64,000 bases of DNA from an uncultured cyanobacterium (GTDB lineage: Bacteria; Cyanobacteriota; Cyanobacteriia; Cyanobacteriales; Nostocaceae). How positions within the stretch are numbered: the first letter of the stretch is position 1; each line of letters starts with the position of its first letter. The position numbers and the translations under genes were made by a program. Positions 1-9,755 of the stretch are shown here, piece by piece. The notes below the pieces were generated by a model. It did no database searches and was not told the DNA's origin. It saw only the letters and a list, made by a program, of their open reading frames with translations. The stretch lies in NCBI GenBank assembly GCA_963740315.1, contig CAVUDP010000004.1, positions 973,415 through 1,037,414 of the forward strand, given 5' to 3'.

Positions 1-96
1 TTATGAAACTTGCATATTGAATATCGATCGGTTAGGTTTTAATTCCAAACTTTTAATTCCTAATTCTTAATTCCTTAACTCCTCACTCCTTACTTT

Positions 97-708
97 TTAC
101 TCTTTTTCCAATACCCCATTCAGAAATATGTCAGCTAATCCTTCTGCCATTTTCTGTTTTTCTTGGGGGGAAGCGTCGGGTTCCATAAGAGTTTCGTGGG
201 AAAAACCTGCGACGGCGAACATTCCCAAAAATACCTGAGCGACGAGTTTCGCATCTGTCTTACGATAGATTCCTTTGTCCATTGCCGATTGAAAAAAAGC
301 TTCGGCAACATGAGTCATTTTGTCGATGACTTCTTTTTGAATGCGATCGCGCAATTCGGGATGAAATTGGGCTTCCATAAAACAAACTTTCATGATGTCG
401 GCGTTTTTTTGTAAATTCCACATCCGACGGCGCATGACTTGGGCTACGGCTTTGTAGCTACCCATTTCGCTTAATTCGGTGAGTAAATCTGTAAGAATAT
501 CTACCCATCCGGCGGTTGCAACTTCAATTAAGATTGCTTTTTTATTAGAAAAATGACGGAATAGGGTTCCTTCAGCAATGCCAGCTTTTTGCGCTAAGTC
601 GCGGGTGGTAGTACCGTCAAACCCTTGAGCCGCAAACAATTTTTGTGCTGCTTGCAAAATGCGATCGCGTGTTTGTGTTTCTGGGGGAGGAGATTTAAAA
701 GCCCGCAT
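97..708 (-). CDS. TetR/AcrR family transcriptional regulator
   Basis: N-terminal TetR HTH (ILQAAQKLFAAQGFDGTTTRDLAQKAGIAEGTLFRHFSNK), 203 aa. Confidence 0.92.
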   Translation of the reverse strand: MRAFKSPPPETQTRDRILQAAQKLFAAQGFDGTTTRDLAQKAGIAEGTLFRHFSNKKAILIEVATAGWVDILTDLLTELSEMGSYKAVAQVMRRRMWNLQKNADIMKVCFMEAQFHPELRDRIQKEVIDKMTHVAEAFFQSAMDKGIYRKTDAKLVAQVFLGMFAVAGFSHETLMEPDASPQEKQKMAEGLADIFLNGVLEKE

Positions 709-1063
709 AATATTGGTTATAGTAGTGAGTTGTCTGGAACTGCATCTGTAGGATTATTGTCTAACGTTAAGTACAATTTGCACTAAATCCTTAATACAAG
801 ATTAATGCCTTAAGGGTTGATTTCTTTTTTTGTGGCTCTAAGTGGCTGTGAATTTACTCAGACGGGAAGACAATTCGTAGTTAAATATATCGTTTATAGT
901 TTATCAAACGAGATGATTCTGAATGCATTCGAGAAAATGCAATAAAACTCTCAGACTTTTACAAAGCGCGGCAAATGCTATACTGCACGCTTTGTAAGAG
1001 CTACAATATTCAATTCTCGAAGATTACCCCCAACCGCTAATGAAAGCAAATAAAAGGTGAATT

Positions 1064-2617
1064 ATGGGAAATTTCTCACGTCGGCTAGTCGCACTACTTT
1101 TAGCATTAGTTTTCTGTTGGGAGTTTTTACCAGGAGTCGCATTTGCTCAAACTCCAACCCCAACATCTAATCAAACTTCGATTCAACCTTATTTAGATCG
1201 GGTTGTTGAAAATTTAACCGAGTTTAAGTTAGACAATGGCATGAAGTTCATTGTTTTACGACGACCTCAAGCACCTGTTGTTTCTTTTGTTACTTATGCT
1301 GATGTCGGTGGCGTGGATGAACCCGATGGAAAGACTGGTGTTGCACATTTTCTGGAGCATTTAGCTTTTAAAGGTACGGATAAAATTGGTACCGTAAATT
1401 ACGCACGTGAAAAAAGGTTGCTCAATAGTATAGATAAAGTGGCAGCCCAAATTCAGCAAGCACAAGCATCTGGACAAAAAGATAAAGTTGCTCAATTACA
1501 AGCCAGGTTGCAAAAATTAGAGGAAGAAGCTCGTAAAACTGTTAAGCAAAATGAGTTCGGTAGAATTGTCGAACAAGCTGGAGGTGTAGGTTTAAATGCC
1601 ACTACTTCTACAGAAGCTACTAAATATTTTTACAGTTTTCCTGCGAATAAGTTAGAACTGTGGATGTCTTTGGAGTCGGAACGTTTTCTCAATCCCGTGT
1701 TGCGACGCGAGTTTTATAAGGAAAAAGATGTAATTTTAGAAGAAAGACGGATGCGGGTAGATAATTCCCCCATCGGACAAATGATTGAAAAGTTCAACGA
1801 TACTGCTTTTCAAAAACATCCCTACAAACGCCCGGTAATTGGTTACGACAAAGATATTCGCAATTTGACAACCCAAGACGTGCAGCAGTTTTTTGAAAAA
1901 TACTACGTACCGAGTAATCTTACAGTTGCTGTCGTCGGAGATGTCAAACCAGCTGAAGTTAAGAAAATGGCGGAAGTTTACTTTGGGCGTTATGAAGCTA
2001 AACCCAAACCAGAGCAGCAACTTCCAGTAGAGCCAAAACAAACTCAAGAACAAGAATTTACTTTAAATTTACCTTCTCAACCTTGGTATTTAGAAGGTTA
2101 TCACCGTCCGAGCCTTAACGATCCAGATAATGCAGTTTATGACATTATTGCTAGTTTACTCAGTGATGGACGTACTTCGCGGCTATATAAGTCTTTGGTA
2201 GAAAAGCAGCAATTAGCACTCGCGGCACAAGGTTTTAGTGGTTTTCCCGGAGATAAATATCCGAACTTAATGCTGTTCTACGCTTTAACTGCACCGGGAC
2301 ATACTGTTGAAGAGGTAGCAGCAGCGTTACGAGAACAAATTGAAGCTTTAAAAACACAGGCAGTATCTGCCGAAGAATTGGAACGAGTCAAAACTAATGC
2401 CCGTGCGGGATTATTGCGTTCCCTCGATTCTAATATGGGTATGGCGCAGCAGCTATTAGAATATGAAGTCAAAACGGGTTCTTGGAAGAATTTATTTGCA
2501 CAGTTACAAAAAATTGAAGCTGTAAACGCTGAAGATGTCATGCGCGTTGCTAAAGAAACTTTCACGGCTGAAAATCGCACCGTTGGTAAGTTGTTGCCGA
2601 AGAAACCAGCTAGTTAG
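1064..2617 (+). CDS. M16 family zinc peptidase (pitrilysin/insulinase-like), catalytic subunit, probably exported
   Basis: HxxEH motif (GVAHFLEHLAFKGT), NATTS motif, HPY motif, N-terminal signal peptide ending AFA. Confidence 0.92.
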   Translation: MGNFSRRLVALLLALVFCWEFLPGVAFAQTPTPTSNQTSIQPYLDRVVENLTEFKLDNGMKFIVLRRPQAPVVSFVTYADVGGVDEPDGKTGVAHFLEHLAFKGTDKIGTVNYAREKRLLNSIDKVAAQIQQAQASGQKDKVAQLQARLQKLEEEARKTVKQNEFGRIVEQAGGVGLNATTSTEATKYFYSFPANKLELWMSLESERFLNPVLRREFYKEKDVILEERRMRVDNSPIGQMIEKFNDTAFQKHPYKRPVIGYDKDIRNLTTQDVQQFFEKYYVPSNLTVAVVGDVKPAEVKKMAEVYFGRYEAKPKPEQQLPVEPKQTQEQEFTLNLPSQPWYLEGYHRPSLNDPDNAVYDIIASLLSDGRTSRLYKSLVEKQQLALAAQGFSGFPGDKYPNLMLFYALTAPGHTVEEVAAALREQIEALKTQAVSAEELERVKTNARAGLLRSLDSNMGMAQQLLEYEVKTGSWKNLFAQLQKIEAVNAEDVMRVAKETFTAENRTVGKLLPKKPAS

Positions 2618-2619
2618 AG

Positions 2620-2860
2620 AGGGGATGGGGGAGAGGGGGAGATGGGGAGATGGGGAGAGGGGGAGAGGGGGAGAGGGGGTAGAGGGGGTAGAGAGTGTAG
2701 TTAAATAGCGAGCGAGACGCTCGCACTCCTAATTCCTAATTCCTAATTCCCAATTCCCAATTTCTAATTCAATACTCAATACTCAATACTCAATACTCAA
2801 TACTCAATACTCAATACTCCCTACTCAATACTCCCTACTCCCTACTCCCTACTCCTAACT
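2620..2860. repeat. Intergenic short tandem repeats (GGGGAGA-type 9-mers; 7-mers ATTCCTA/AATACTC/CCTACTC), STRR-like
   Basis: Tandem 7-9 bp units visible directly; similar tracts recur in many intergenic regions (e.g. 13610-13825, 18230-18420, 25140-25176, 56215-56420, 58095-58310). Confidence 0.9.
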
Positions 2861-2908
2861 ATTTCTCAATGCCCAATTACTTTATTCTGTGAAAGAGAGA
2901 AAGACGGG

Positions 2909-4429
2909 ATGATTAAAAGAAAAAGGTACAACAAAAAAGTGAAAAGATTGGTTTACTCGTTACTGGTTTGTCTTACTTTTGCACTGGTAAGTTTTGACTT
3001 TTCTGGTGCAATGGCACAGCAAGTAACGCCGCAGGATGAATATATTCCAAAGCATTATACTGACTTGGAATTCAAGCCGGTAGGTGAAATCAAGTTACCT
3101 AAATACGAACGGTATCAACTTGAAAACGGTGCGATCGTTTATTTGATGGAGAATCACGAACTGCCGTTGGTAAGTGGTACGGCTTTAATTCATACTGGTT
3201 CTCGTTTTGAACCGGCTTCGGAAGTTGGTTTGGCTGAGTTAACGGGTGGAGTGATGCGTACTGGGGGAACTGTGCAGCATCCCCCTAATGTACTCAATCA
3301 AATGTTGGAACAACGAGCGGCTTCGGTGGAAACTGGTATTGGTGATACTTCTGGTAGTGCGTCTTTTGGAGCGCTCAGCGAAGATTTGGATACGGTTTTT
3401 GGGCTGTTTGCTGAAGTGTTACAACAACCAGCGTTTGCTGAAGATCAGTTGGAGTTGGCAAAAACCCAGATGAAGGGTGGTATTGCACGTCGTAATGATA
3501 GCCCAGATGCGATCGCGCAACGGGAATTTAAAAAGCTGATTTACGGTGAAAATAGCCCTTATGCTCGCATTGCCGAATATTCATCGCTTAATAATATAAA
3601 CCGCGAGGATTTGGTAAAGTTTTATCAGCAGTATTATTATCCCAACAATATGATTTTGGGTATTGAAGGGGATTTTGATTCTGCAAAAATGAAAGCTTTG
3701 ATTCAGCAAACATTTGGTAAGTGGAAAGCTAATCCTAATTTCAAGAAACCCGAATTGCCAGAGGTTTCCCAAGCCAAAACGGGTGGAGTCTTCTTTGTCA
3801 ATCAGCCACAATTAACCCAAAGTAACGTACTTATCGGACATATCGGTGGTAAACTTGCTAGCCCCGACTATCCCGAATTAGATGTTATGAATGGGGTACT
3901 CAATGGATTTGGCGGCAGATTGTTTAATGAAGTGCGATCGCGTCAAGGTTTAGCATATTCAGTATACGGTTATTGGAGTCCTCGCTACGATTATCCGGGA
4001 ATATTTATCTCTGGCGGACAAACCCGTAGTGATGCTACCGTACAGTTTGTTAAAGCTGTTGAGGAAGAAATCAAGAAAATTCAAACTCAACTCGTAACGC
4101 CTCAAGAGTTGGCGTTTGCTAAAGAGTCTACTTTGAATTCTTTTGTATTCAATTTCCAAGATCCCGCTCAAACTTTATCGCGTTTGATGCGCTACGAATA
4201 TTACGGTTATCCCAAAGATTTTCTGTTTACCTATCAAAAACAAGTAGAAAACACTACAGTAGAAGATGTACAGCGAGTTGCTAAAGAACATCTGAAGCTA
4301 GATAAATTAGTTTTTCTGGTAGTAGGAAATCAAACTGCGATTAATCCCCCGCTAACAACTCTGGCATCGCAAATCACGCCTATAGATATTACCATTCCAG
4401 CTACGCCAAAACCACAAGCAAGTAATTAA
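2909..4429 (+). CDS. M16 family peptidase, non-catalytic partner subunit
   Basis: M16 architecture (RLFNEVRSRQGLAYSV) but no HxxEH; tandem with the active subunit. Confidence 0.88.
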   Translation: MIKRKRYNKKVKRLVYSLLVCLTFALVSFDFSGAMAQQVTPQDEYIPKHYTDLEFKPVGEIKLPKYERYQLENGAIVYLMENHELPLVSGTALIHTGSRFEPASEVGLAELTGGVMRTGGTVQHPPNVLNQMLEQRAASVETGIGDTSGSASFGALSEDLDTVFGLFAEVLQQPAFAEDQLELAKTQMKGGIARRNDSPDAIAQREFKKLIYGENSPYARIAEYSSLNNINREDLVKFYQQYYYPNNMILGIEGDFDSAKMKALIQQTFGKWKANPNFKKPELPEVSQAKTGGVFFVNQPQLTQSNVLIGHIGGKLASPDYPELDVMNGVLNGFGGRLFNEVRSRQGLAYSVYGYWSPRYDYPGIFISGGQTRSDATVQFVKAVEEEIKKIQTQLVTPQELAFAKESTLNSFVFNFQDPAQTLSRLMRYEYYGYPKDFLFTYQKQVENTTVEDVQRVAKEHLKLDKLVFLVVGNQTAINPPLTTLASQITPIDITIPATPKPQASN

Positions 4430-4446
4430 TGGTTTTTTGAATATCA

Positions 4447-4481
4447 AAAGCCCGGTTTATTTAGTAAGCCGGGTTTTTTTG
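4447..4481 (+). terminator. Rho-independent terminator after the M16 pair
   Basis: CCCGGTTTA..TAAGCCGGG stem followed by a T run. Confidence 0.7.
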
Positions 4482-4599
4482 TTAGAAGGTTGAGAAGTCG
4501 GGTTTTTAGGATACGTATCTGTAATACACTTACAAATTTTATAAAAACCCGACTTCTGAGCATTGATTTTCTTTTAAATGGTTGCTAAAAAAAAGGTTC

Positions 4600-4673
4600 G
4601 TAGTAAGAGTTTTAATTTTATCTCAGGATTTGTTACCTCGCCCTAAATCCGGAGGCGCTAAAGCGCTTACTAC
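4600..4673. repeat. REP-like element, GTAGTAAG...CTTACTAC family
   Basis: Terminal inverted repeats with GTAG ends; related copies at 30640-30682 and 53211-53257. Confidence 0.6.
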
Positions 4674-4710
4674 GAACCTTTTTACCTTTCAAAATTTTTG
4701 AAAAAGATTA

Positions 4711-5895
4711 CTAGCGATCGACGGAACCCATTACTACATCAATACTTCCTAAAATCACAAATATATCCGCGACTTTTACACCTTTGATTAATTGCGGTAA
4801 TACTTGTAAATTATTAAAATCTGCGGGACGAATTTTCCAACGCCAAGGAAAAACGTTGTCGTCACCAATTAAATAAATTCCTAATTCTCCTCTACCGGAT
4901 TCAATTCTGAGGTAATGCTCGCCTTTGGGAATTTTAAATGTAGGTGCAACTTTTTTGGCAATATATTGATAATCAAAATCGTTCCACTCTGACTTTTTAC
5001 CTGCTGCCATACGTTTTGCTTCTAAGTTTTCGTAAGCACCACCGGGTAAACCTGCAATCGCTTGTTTAATAATACTTACAGATTCGCGCATCTCTCCGAC
5101 TCTTACCACATAACGTGCCAAACAATCGCCGCTTTTATCCCACTTTATTTCCCAATCAAAATCGTCATAACATTCGTAACGATCGACCTTACGTAAATCC
5201 CACTTTACCCCAGAAGCCCGCAACATTGGACCGGAAATACCCCAATTAATAGCCTCTTCGCGAGTCAAAGTTCCTATTCCCTCAACTCGACGACGAAATA
5301 TAGGATTGTTGGTAATTAATCTTTCGTATTCATCTATCTTAGGTAAGAAATAATCGCAAAACTCCTGACATTTACTTATCCAACCATAAGGAAGATCGGC
5401 AGCAACACCGCCAATACGAAAATAGTTATTGTTCACCATGCGGTATCCCGTGGCAGCTTCAAACAAATCGAGAATGAATTCGCGATCGCGCAGGGTGTAG
5501 AAAAACGGAGTTTGTGCGCCCATATCCATGATATATGGTCCCAACCACAGTAAATGATTGACGATTCGCGCTAATTCCAGCATCAGTACTCGGATATAGC
5601 TGGCGCGTTTGGGGATTTGCACGTCGGCTAATTTTTCTACAGCGTTAACAGTTACCGCTTCGTTGAACATTCCACCGTAGTAATCCCAACGGCTGACATA
5701 GGGAACGTACATAATATTAGTGCGGTTTTCGGCGATTTTTTCCATTCCCCGATGCAGATATCCCAAAACGGGTTCGCAATCGATTACGTCTTCCCCATCA
5801 AGTGTGACAATAATTCGGAAACAGCCATGCATAGAAGGATGTTGGGGACCGAAATTAATCGTCATCGGTTCGGTTTTGGTTTCAATTCTACTCAT
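4711..5895 (-). CDS. ndhH: NAD(P)H-quinone oxidoreductase (NDH-1) subunit H, divergent copy
   Basis: [23 protein letters not shown]-terminal [11 protein letters not shown]; 394 aa as in cyanobacterial NdhH. Confidence 0.95.
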   Translation of the reverse strand: MSRIETKTEPMTINFGPQHPSMHGCFRIIVTLDGEDVIDCEPVLGYLHRGMEKIAENRTNIMYVPYVSRWDYYGGMFNEAVTVNAVEKLADVQIPKRASYIRVLMLELARIVNHLLWLGPYIMDMGAQTPFFYTLRDREFILDLFEAATGYRMVNNNYFRIGGVAADLPYGWISKCQEFCDYFLPKIDEYERLITNNPIFRRRVEGIGTLTREEAINWGISGPMLRASGVKWDLRKVDRYECYDDFDWEIKWDKSGDCLARYVVRVGEMRESVSIIKQAIAGLPGGAYENLEAKRMAAGKKSEWNDFDYQYIAKKVAPTFKIPKGEHYLRIESGRGELGIYLIGDDNVFPWRWKIRPADFNNLQVLPQLIKGVKVADIFVILGSIDVVMGSVDR

Positions 5896-6005
5896 TAGGA
5901 AATACCATTAACTGCTACTTCCTAATATGGCGATACCTTTTCTTGTTGTCTTGCAGATTCGTCCGATTTTTTGTACGTTTTTGGGATGTTTACCGATTTT
6001 GATTT

Positions 6006-7328
6006 TTATGAGGAAATTACTTTCAAGAAAACTCGCGGATGATAAAGTGCTAAAGGCGATTTGAGTAGATGACTAATTTCGATAAATAAAGTATATAAAT
6101 CCTCATCTTGATTAATGCTTTGGATAATTCGCTGATTGTACCAACCTAGAAACTTAGAAATTAAATTCGGATTGCTTCTACCTGATGTTGTAAGAAATCG
6201 CGAGTCGCTTGCGGTAGCTACCATCCAATGATAATTATTACTTTTCGCCAAACGTTTTTGAAAAAGATTCGGTATTAATTTATCTTCTTCGAGCCATCCT
6301 TTAAGTACCATTGCGGATAAGGCACTAACCGTCATTCCCTGACCGTAAACCGGACATAAAGCACAAACGGCATCACCTAACGTTACAAACCCCTTTGGTA
6401 AGTCAATTTGCTCGTAATGACGCTGACGGTTTGATGTGGCGCGATGAGCGTAAATCGGAGATACGGGTTCTGCGTTTTTAATAGTCTCGTAAAACTTGTC
6501 ACTAGGTAAACTGCTGGCGAATTCGAGAAAACCTCGATCGTCGAGCGGTGGAAAATCGCCTCCATAACCCCCCAAAGTAGCAATCAATTCTTCACCTTCA
6601 ATTGATGCTAAATATCCCAAACGCTTACCCTGTGGAGGTTCCTGAGAAATCAGCATTACCTTCCAATCTTGGTTAAAACCCGATGGTTTTTTATATCTTC
6701 TGGTAGCGTATCCCAAATAAGGATTGATTACCGTTTCCGGTGGAGCTTTAAATCCCAAATCTTCCAACCACTGGGGTGCATTGGAACGACGACCGCCAGC
6801 ATCTACAACCAAAGATGCTGTAAACTCTTCATAACCATCATCAGCATCTTTAGCTAAGGGCTTCATTCGCAATCCCGTAATTTGACTGCGATTTGAGTCT
6901 GTGAGAAATCCGATGACGCGGTGTTGTTCGAGAAACTGCACGCTTGAAAATTTTTGCAGCCTTTGACGAATTACCCATTCCAACAAAGGACGGGAACAGG
7001 TAAATGAAATAATATCGGAAGGTTTGGTAGGGTTGAGACTCCATTTTCCCTGAATGTAAACATGAAATTCCCTTGCCCAATCAATAGAAAGCGCACCAGC
7101 AGTACTCAAATCGGTACCAATACCGGGAAAAAGTTCCTCTAAAATTCGGTATCCCTTGGTAAATAAAACATGAGGCTGCACCGATTGCGGTACCCCTTTA
7201 CGTTTATCCGGTTCTAAAGGTAGTCGATCGGATTCTATAATTGTTACCGATTCAAAGCTTTCGGCAAGCACGCGAGCTGCTAGCAATCCCGCAATACTAC
7301 CGCCGATAACTACAGCTTTATCTTTCAT
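6006..7328 (-). CDS. FAD-dependent monooxygenase/oxidoreductase
   Basis: GGSIAG FAD-binding motif, VVDAGGRRS (DG motif), LGDAVCALCPVYGQGM (GD motif). Confidence 0.88.
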   Translation of the reverse strand: MKDKAVVIGGSIAGLLAARVLAESFESVTIIESDRLPLEPDKRKGVPQSVQPHVLFTKGYRILEELFPGIGTDLSTAGALSIDWAREFHVYIQGKWSLNPTKPSDIISFTCSRPLLEWVIRQRLQKFSSVQFLEQHRVIGFLTDSNRSQITGLRMKPLAKDADDGYEEFTASLVVDAGGRRSNAPQWLEDLGFKAPPETVINPYLGYATRRYKKPSGFNQDWKVMLISQEPPQGKRLGYLASIEGEELIATLGGYGGDFPPLDDRGFLEFASSLPSDKFYETIKNAEPVSPIYAHRATSNRQRHYEQIDLPKGFVTLGDAVCALCPVYGQGMTVSALSAMVLKGWLEEDKLIPNLFQKRLAKSNNYHWMVATASDSRFLTTSGRSNPNLISKFLGWYNQRIIQSINQDEDLYTLFIEISHLLKSPLALYHPRVFLKVISS

Positions 7329-7340
7329 ATAGCAATTTAA

Positions 7341-8234
7341 TTATTTACAAATTTTCCCAGGAGTTATACCAATCAACTTTTTAAAATGTCGATTTAAATG
7401 ACTTTGATTTGCAAAACCAACCATCAGGGCAACTTGGGCAATAGTATACTTCCCCGTCAATAATAATTCTTTTGCACAATTTACGCGAGTTAGAATTACA
7501 TATTGATGGGGTGTCATTTTCATTGACTGCTTAAATAAATAACAAAAATAATGCGGACTCATATGCAGCAAACTTGCTAATTCATTTAAACCTAAATCTT
7601 TATCTAAATTATTTCTGATAAATTCAATAACTTGATTTAACTGACGTTTTGATAAACCATTTGTATACTCTTTTATTTTCGGTTTTCGCGCCGAATAATA
7701 TTGTAATAAATGCACGCACAAAGCATTTACCATTGTCTCCGCATACAAACGGCTTCCGGTTGGATTATGTGCCAAAGCATTTTTGATTGCAAGTCCAATT
7801 TGTAAAACTAAAGGATCTGGTGTGGCGAAATGTGGTATTAATTGAACTTGTTCTGGTTCTCCCGATTCGTTAATAGCACGTGCAAAAGTTTTTGTTTCAA
7901 TACCTAAGATAATAAAATCACCTTCTTTATCCCAAGCACACTTTTGACCGATATTTGCAGGCTGAATTACTATATCTCCACCAACTACTGAGTCGCGATG
8001 AAAACGTCCATCCAGTTTTCTATCTCCGTGAATAACATAGTCACCGTGAGTAAAAATAGTAATAGTGTGTCCGAGGGTAGTACAAACTTCAGGAGTCTGG
8101 GATGCAGGCACAGACATATATCTGAAGAATACTCCATCCCACCCGGTATTTTGACTGGTGAGAATTGGCGATCGCTCAAAAAGTTGGGTTATTTCATCTT
8201 CTTTATTCAGAATCAAAGGTTTATCTTCTGACAT
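7341..8234 (-). CDS. AraC family transcriptional regulator
   Basis: C-terminal double HTH (MSPHYFCYLFKQSMKMTPHQY...VGFANQSHLNRHFKKLIGITP). Confidence 0.93.
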   Translation of the reverse strand: MSEDKPLILNKEDEITQLFERSPILTSQNTGWDGVFFRYMSVPASQTPEVCTTLGHTITIFTHGDYVIHGDRKLDGRFHRDSVVGGDIVIQPANIGQKCAWDKEGDFIILGIETKTFARAINESGEPEQVQLIPHFATPDPLVLQIGLAIKNALAHNPTGSRLYAETMVNALCVHLLQYYSARKPKIKEYTNGLSKRQLNQVIEFIRNNLDKDLGLNELASLLHMSPHYFCYLFKQSMKMTPHQYVILTRVNCAKELLLTGKYTIAQVALMVGFANQSHLNRHFKKLIGITPGKICK

Positions 8235-8436
8235 AATTGAAACGAAATTCTACAACTGTAATCTATCAGAAATTCAATGATTTTGACCGAACCTGCTTCT
8301 AACGAACACTCCTGTTGTTGTAAAGCAGAGGGGAAAGGAGTGAAGTTTTTAATAAATAAATTTGCGTCGGCAGCATGATGTAAATTACCATACAATTTAG
8401 CTAAAATTTTATTAATCCAGTTGTAGAAAAATACCA

Positions 8437-9462
8437 TTGCCCGTGCAGCAACATTCACAAAACGTTTTAGATTCTCAACTCGAAGAAAAATCGGTTAAGG
8501 AATTTAAATTTGGCTGGTTCGATCGGTTTTGCCTGTGGTATCCTCCCGGTTGGCTAATTTTATTTAACCGTCACTGGCAACATTATCATCACGATCCAGA
8601 TGGTTGGAACTGGTTAGAATATATTTTATTCCTAATTCCTCTGGGATTTTATTTAGCATTATTGATCCGCTGGTTGCGTTTGGGTTGTCGTTTTCCGCGT
8701 GAGAAAGAAACTGAATTTAATCCGAATTATCAAATCGCTTTTCGAGAAGAAATTTTACAACCGATTATTGAATATTATTTTCAGGGTACCTTGATACAAC
8801 TCGAAAACTTGCCGCAACATGAACCGATAATTGTGGCTGTAAATCATGCGGGAATGAGTTTTCCCTGGGATATTTTAACCTTGGGATATTTATTAAGCAA
8901 ACAGCAAGGATGGGTAGTATATCCTTTAGCTGGAATTGACTTATTTGAACATCCTTGGATAACTTGGTGGCTACCACCGGGATGGTCGCAAGTATTAGGT
9001 GGAGTCAAAGCAAGGTATGATGATTTTGAAGCTGCAATTAAACAAGAAAAGATTATATTATATGCACCAGAAGGTTTAAGAGGACCTGGTAAAGGTTGGT
9101 TCAAACGCTATCAGTTACAAAAGTTTGATATTAGCTTTATTAAGTTAAGTCAAAAATATCAAGTTCCGATTTTACCAGTTATTTGTATTGGTAGCGAAAA
9201 GCTGCATCCTTATACTTTAAATATTAGTTGGTTGCAAAAATTATTTGGTTTACCTTTCTTACCAGCTTCACCTTTGATTCCGTGGCTTGCACTTTTTCCG
9301 AGCATGGGAGTTTGGGCTGGGAGAAGTAAATTGCGTTATTTTATTCAACCTTTAGTTGAGGTTAATGGAATGAAAAGTCGGGGAGAATTATATCAGAAAG
9401 CCCAGGGTTTGAGAGAAGAGATGCAGAAAGAGATCGATCGGGTTTTAGAGTTACAAAATTAA
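8437..9462 (+). CDS. Lysophospholipid/glycerol acyltransferase family protein (PlsC-like)
   Basis: NHAGMSFPWD (NHxxxxD-like) and YAPEG motifs; start codon uncertain. Confidence 0.8.
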   Translation: MPVQQHSQNVLDSQLEEKSVKEFKFGWFDRFCLWYPPGWLILFNRHWQHYHHDPDGWNWLEYILFLIPLGFYLALLIRWLRLGCRFPREKETEFNPNYQIAFREEILQPIIEYYFQGTLIQLENLPQHEPIIVAVNHAGMSFPWDILTLGYLLSKQQGWVVYPLAGIDLFEHPWITWWLPPGWSQVLGGVKARYDDFEAAIKQEKIILYAPEGLRGPGKGWFKRYQLQKFDISFIKLSQKYQVPILPVICIGSEKLHPYTLNISWLQKLFGLPFLPASPLIPWLALFPSMGVWAGRSKLRYFIQPLVEVNGMKSRGELYQKAQGLREEMQKEIDRVLELQN

Positions 9463-9674
9463 TTAAAAATAGAAATTAATTTAAGATTCGATTCTGATAA
9501 ATTCGGATGCAATGCATCCATAGCAGCTAACCCATGCTGAAAACCGATATTATAAGCATCTTCTAAATGTAATTCGAGCATTCCTAACTGCCCAAAGCCC
9601 GCATTGATGTAAGGAAAATCGAGATATAGTTCTACTTTTCTGCTGCCATCGCATCTTTTCTGATAAAACTGCAT
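9459..9674 (-). CDS. Small hypothetical protein
   Basis: 71-aa ORF filling the gap between genes; no recognised domain. Confidence 0.35.
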   Translation of the reverse strand: MQFYQKRCDGSRKVELYLDFPYINAGFGQLGMLELHLEDAYNIGFQHGLAAMDALHPNLSESNLKLISIFN

Positions 9675-9755
9675 AAGTGGACTGCACTCTCATCCATATA
9701 ACTAATAGTACTTAGTACGAACAAATTTTTTGTAGCAACAGTAGGAGCAAAAATT

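Noticed and set aside
9706..9719. AGTACTTAGTACGA as a LexA box
   Set aside because: Spacing is one base short of the cyanobacterial RGTAC-N3-DGTWC consensus
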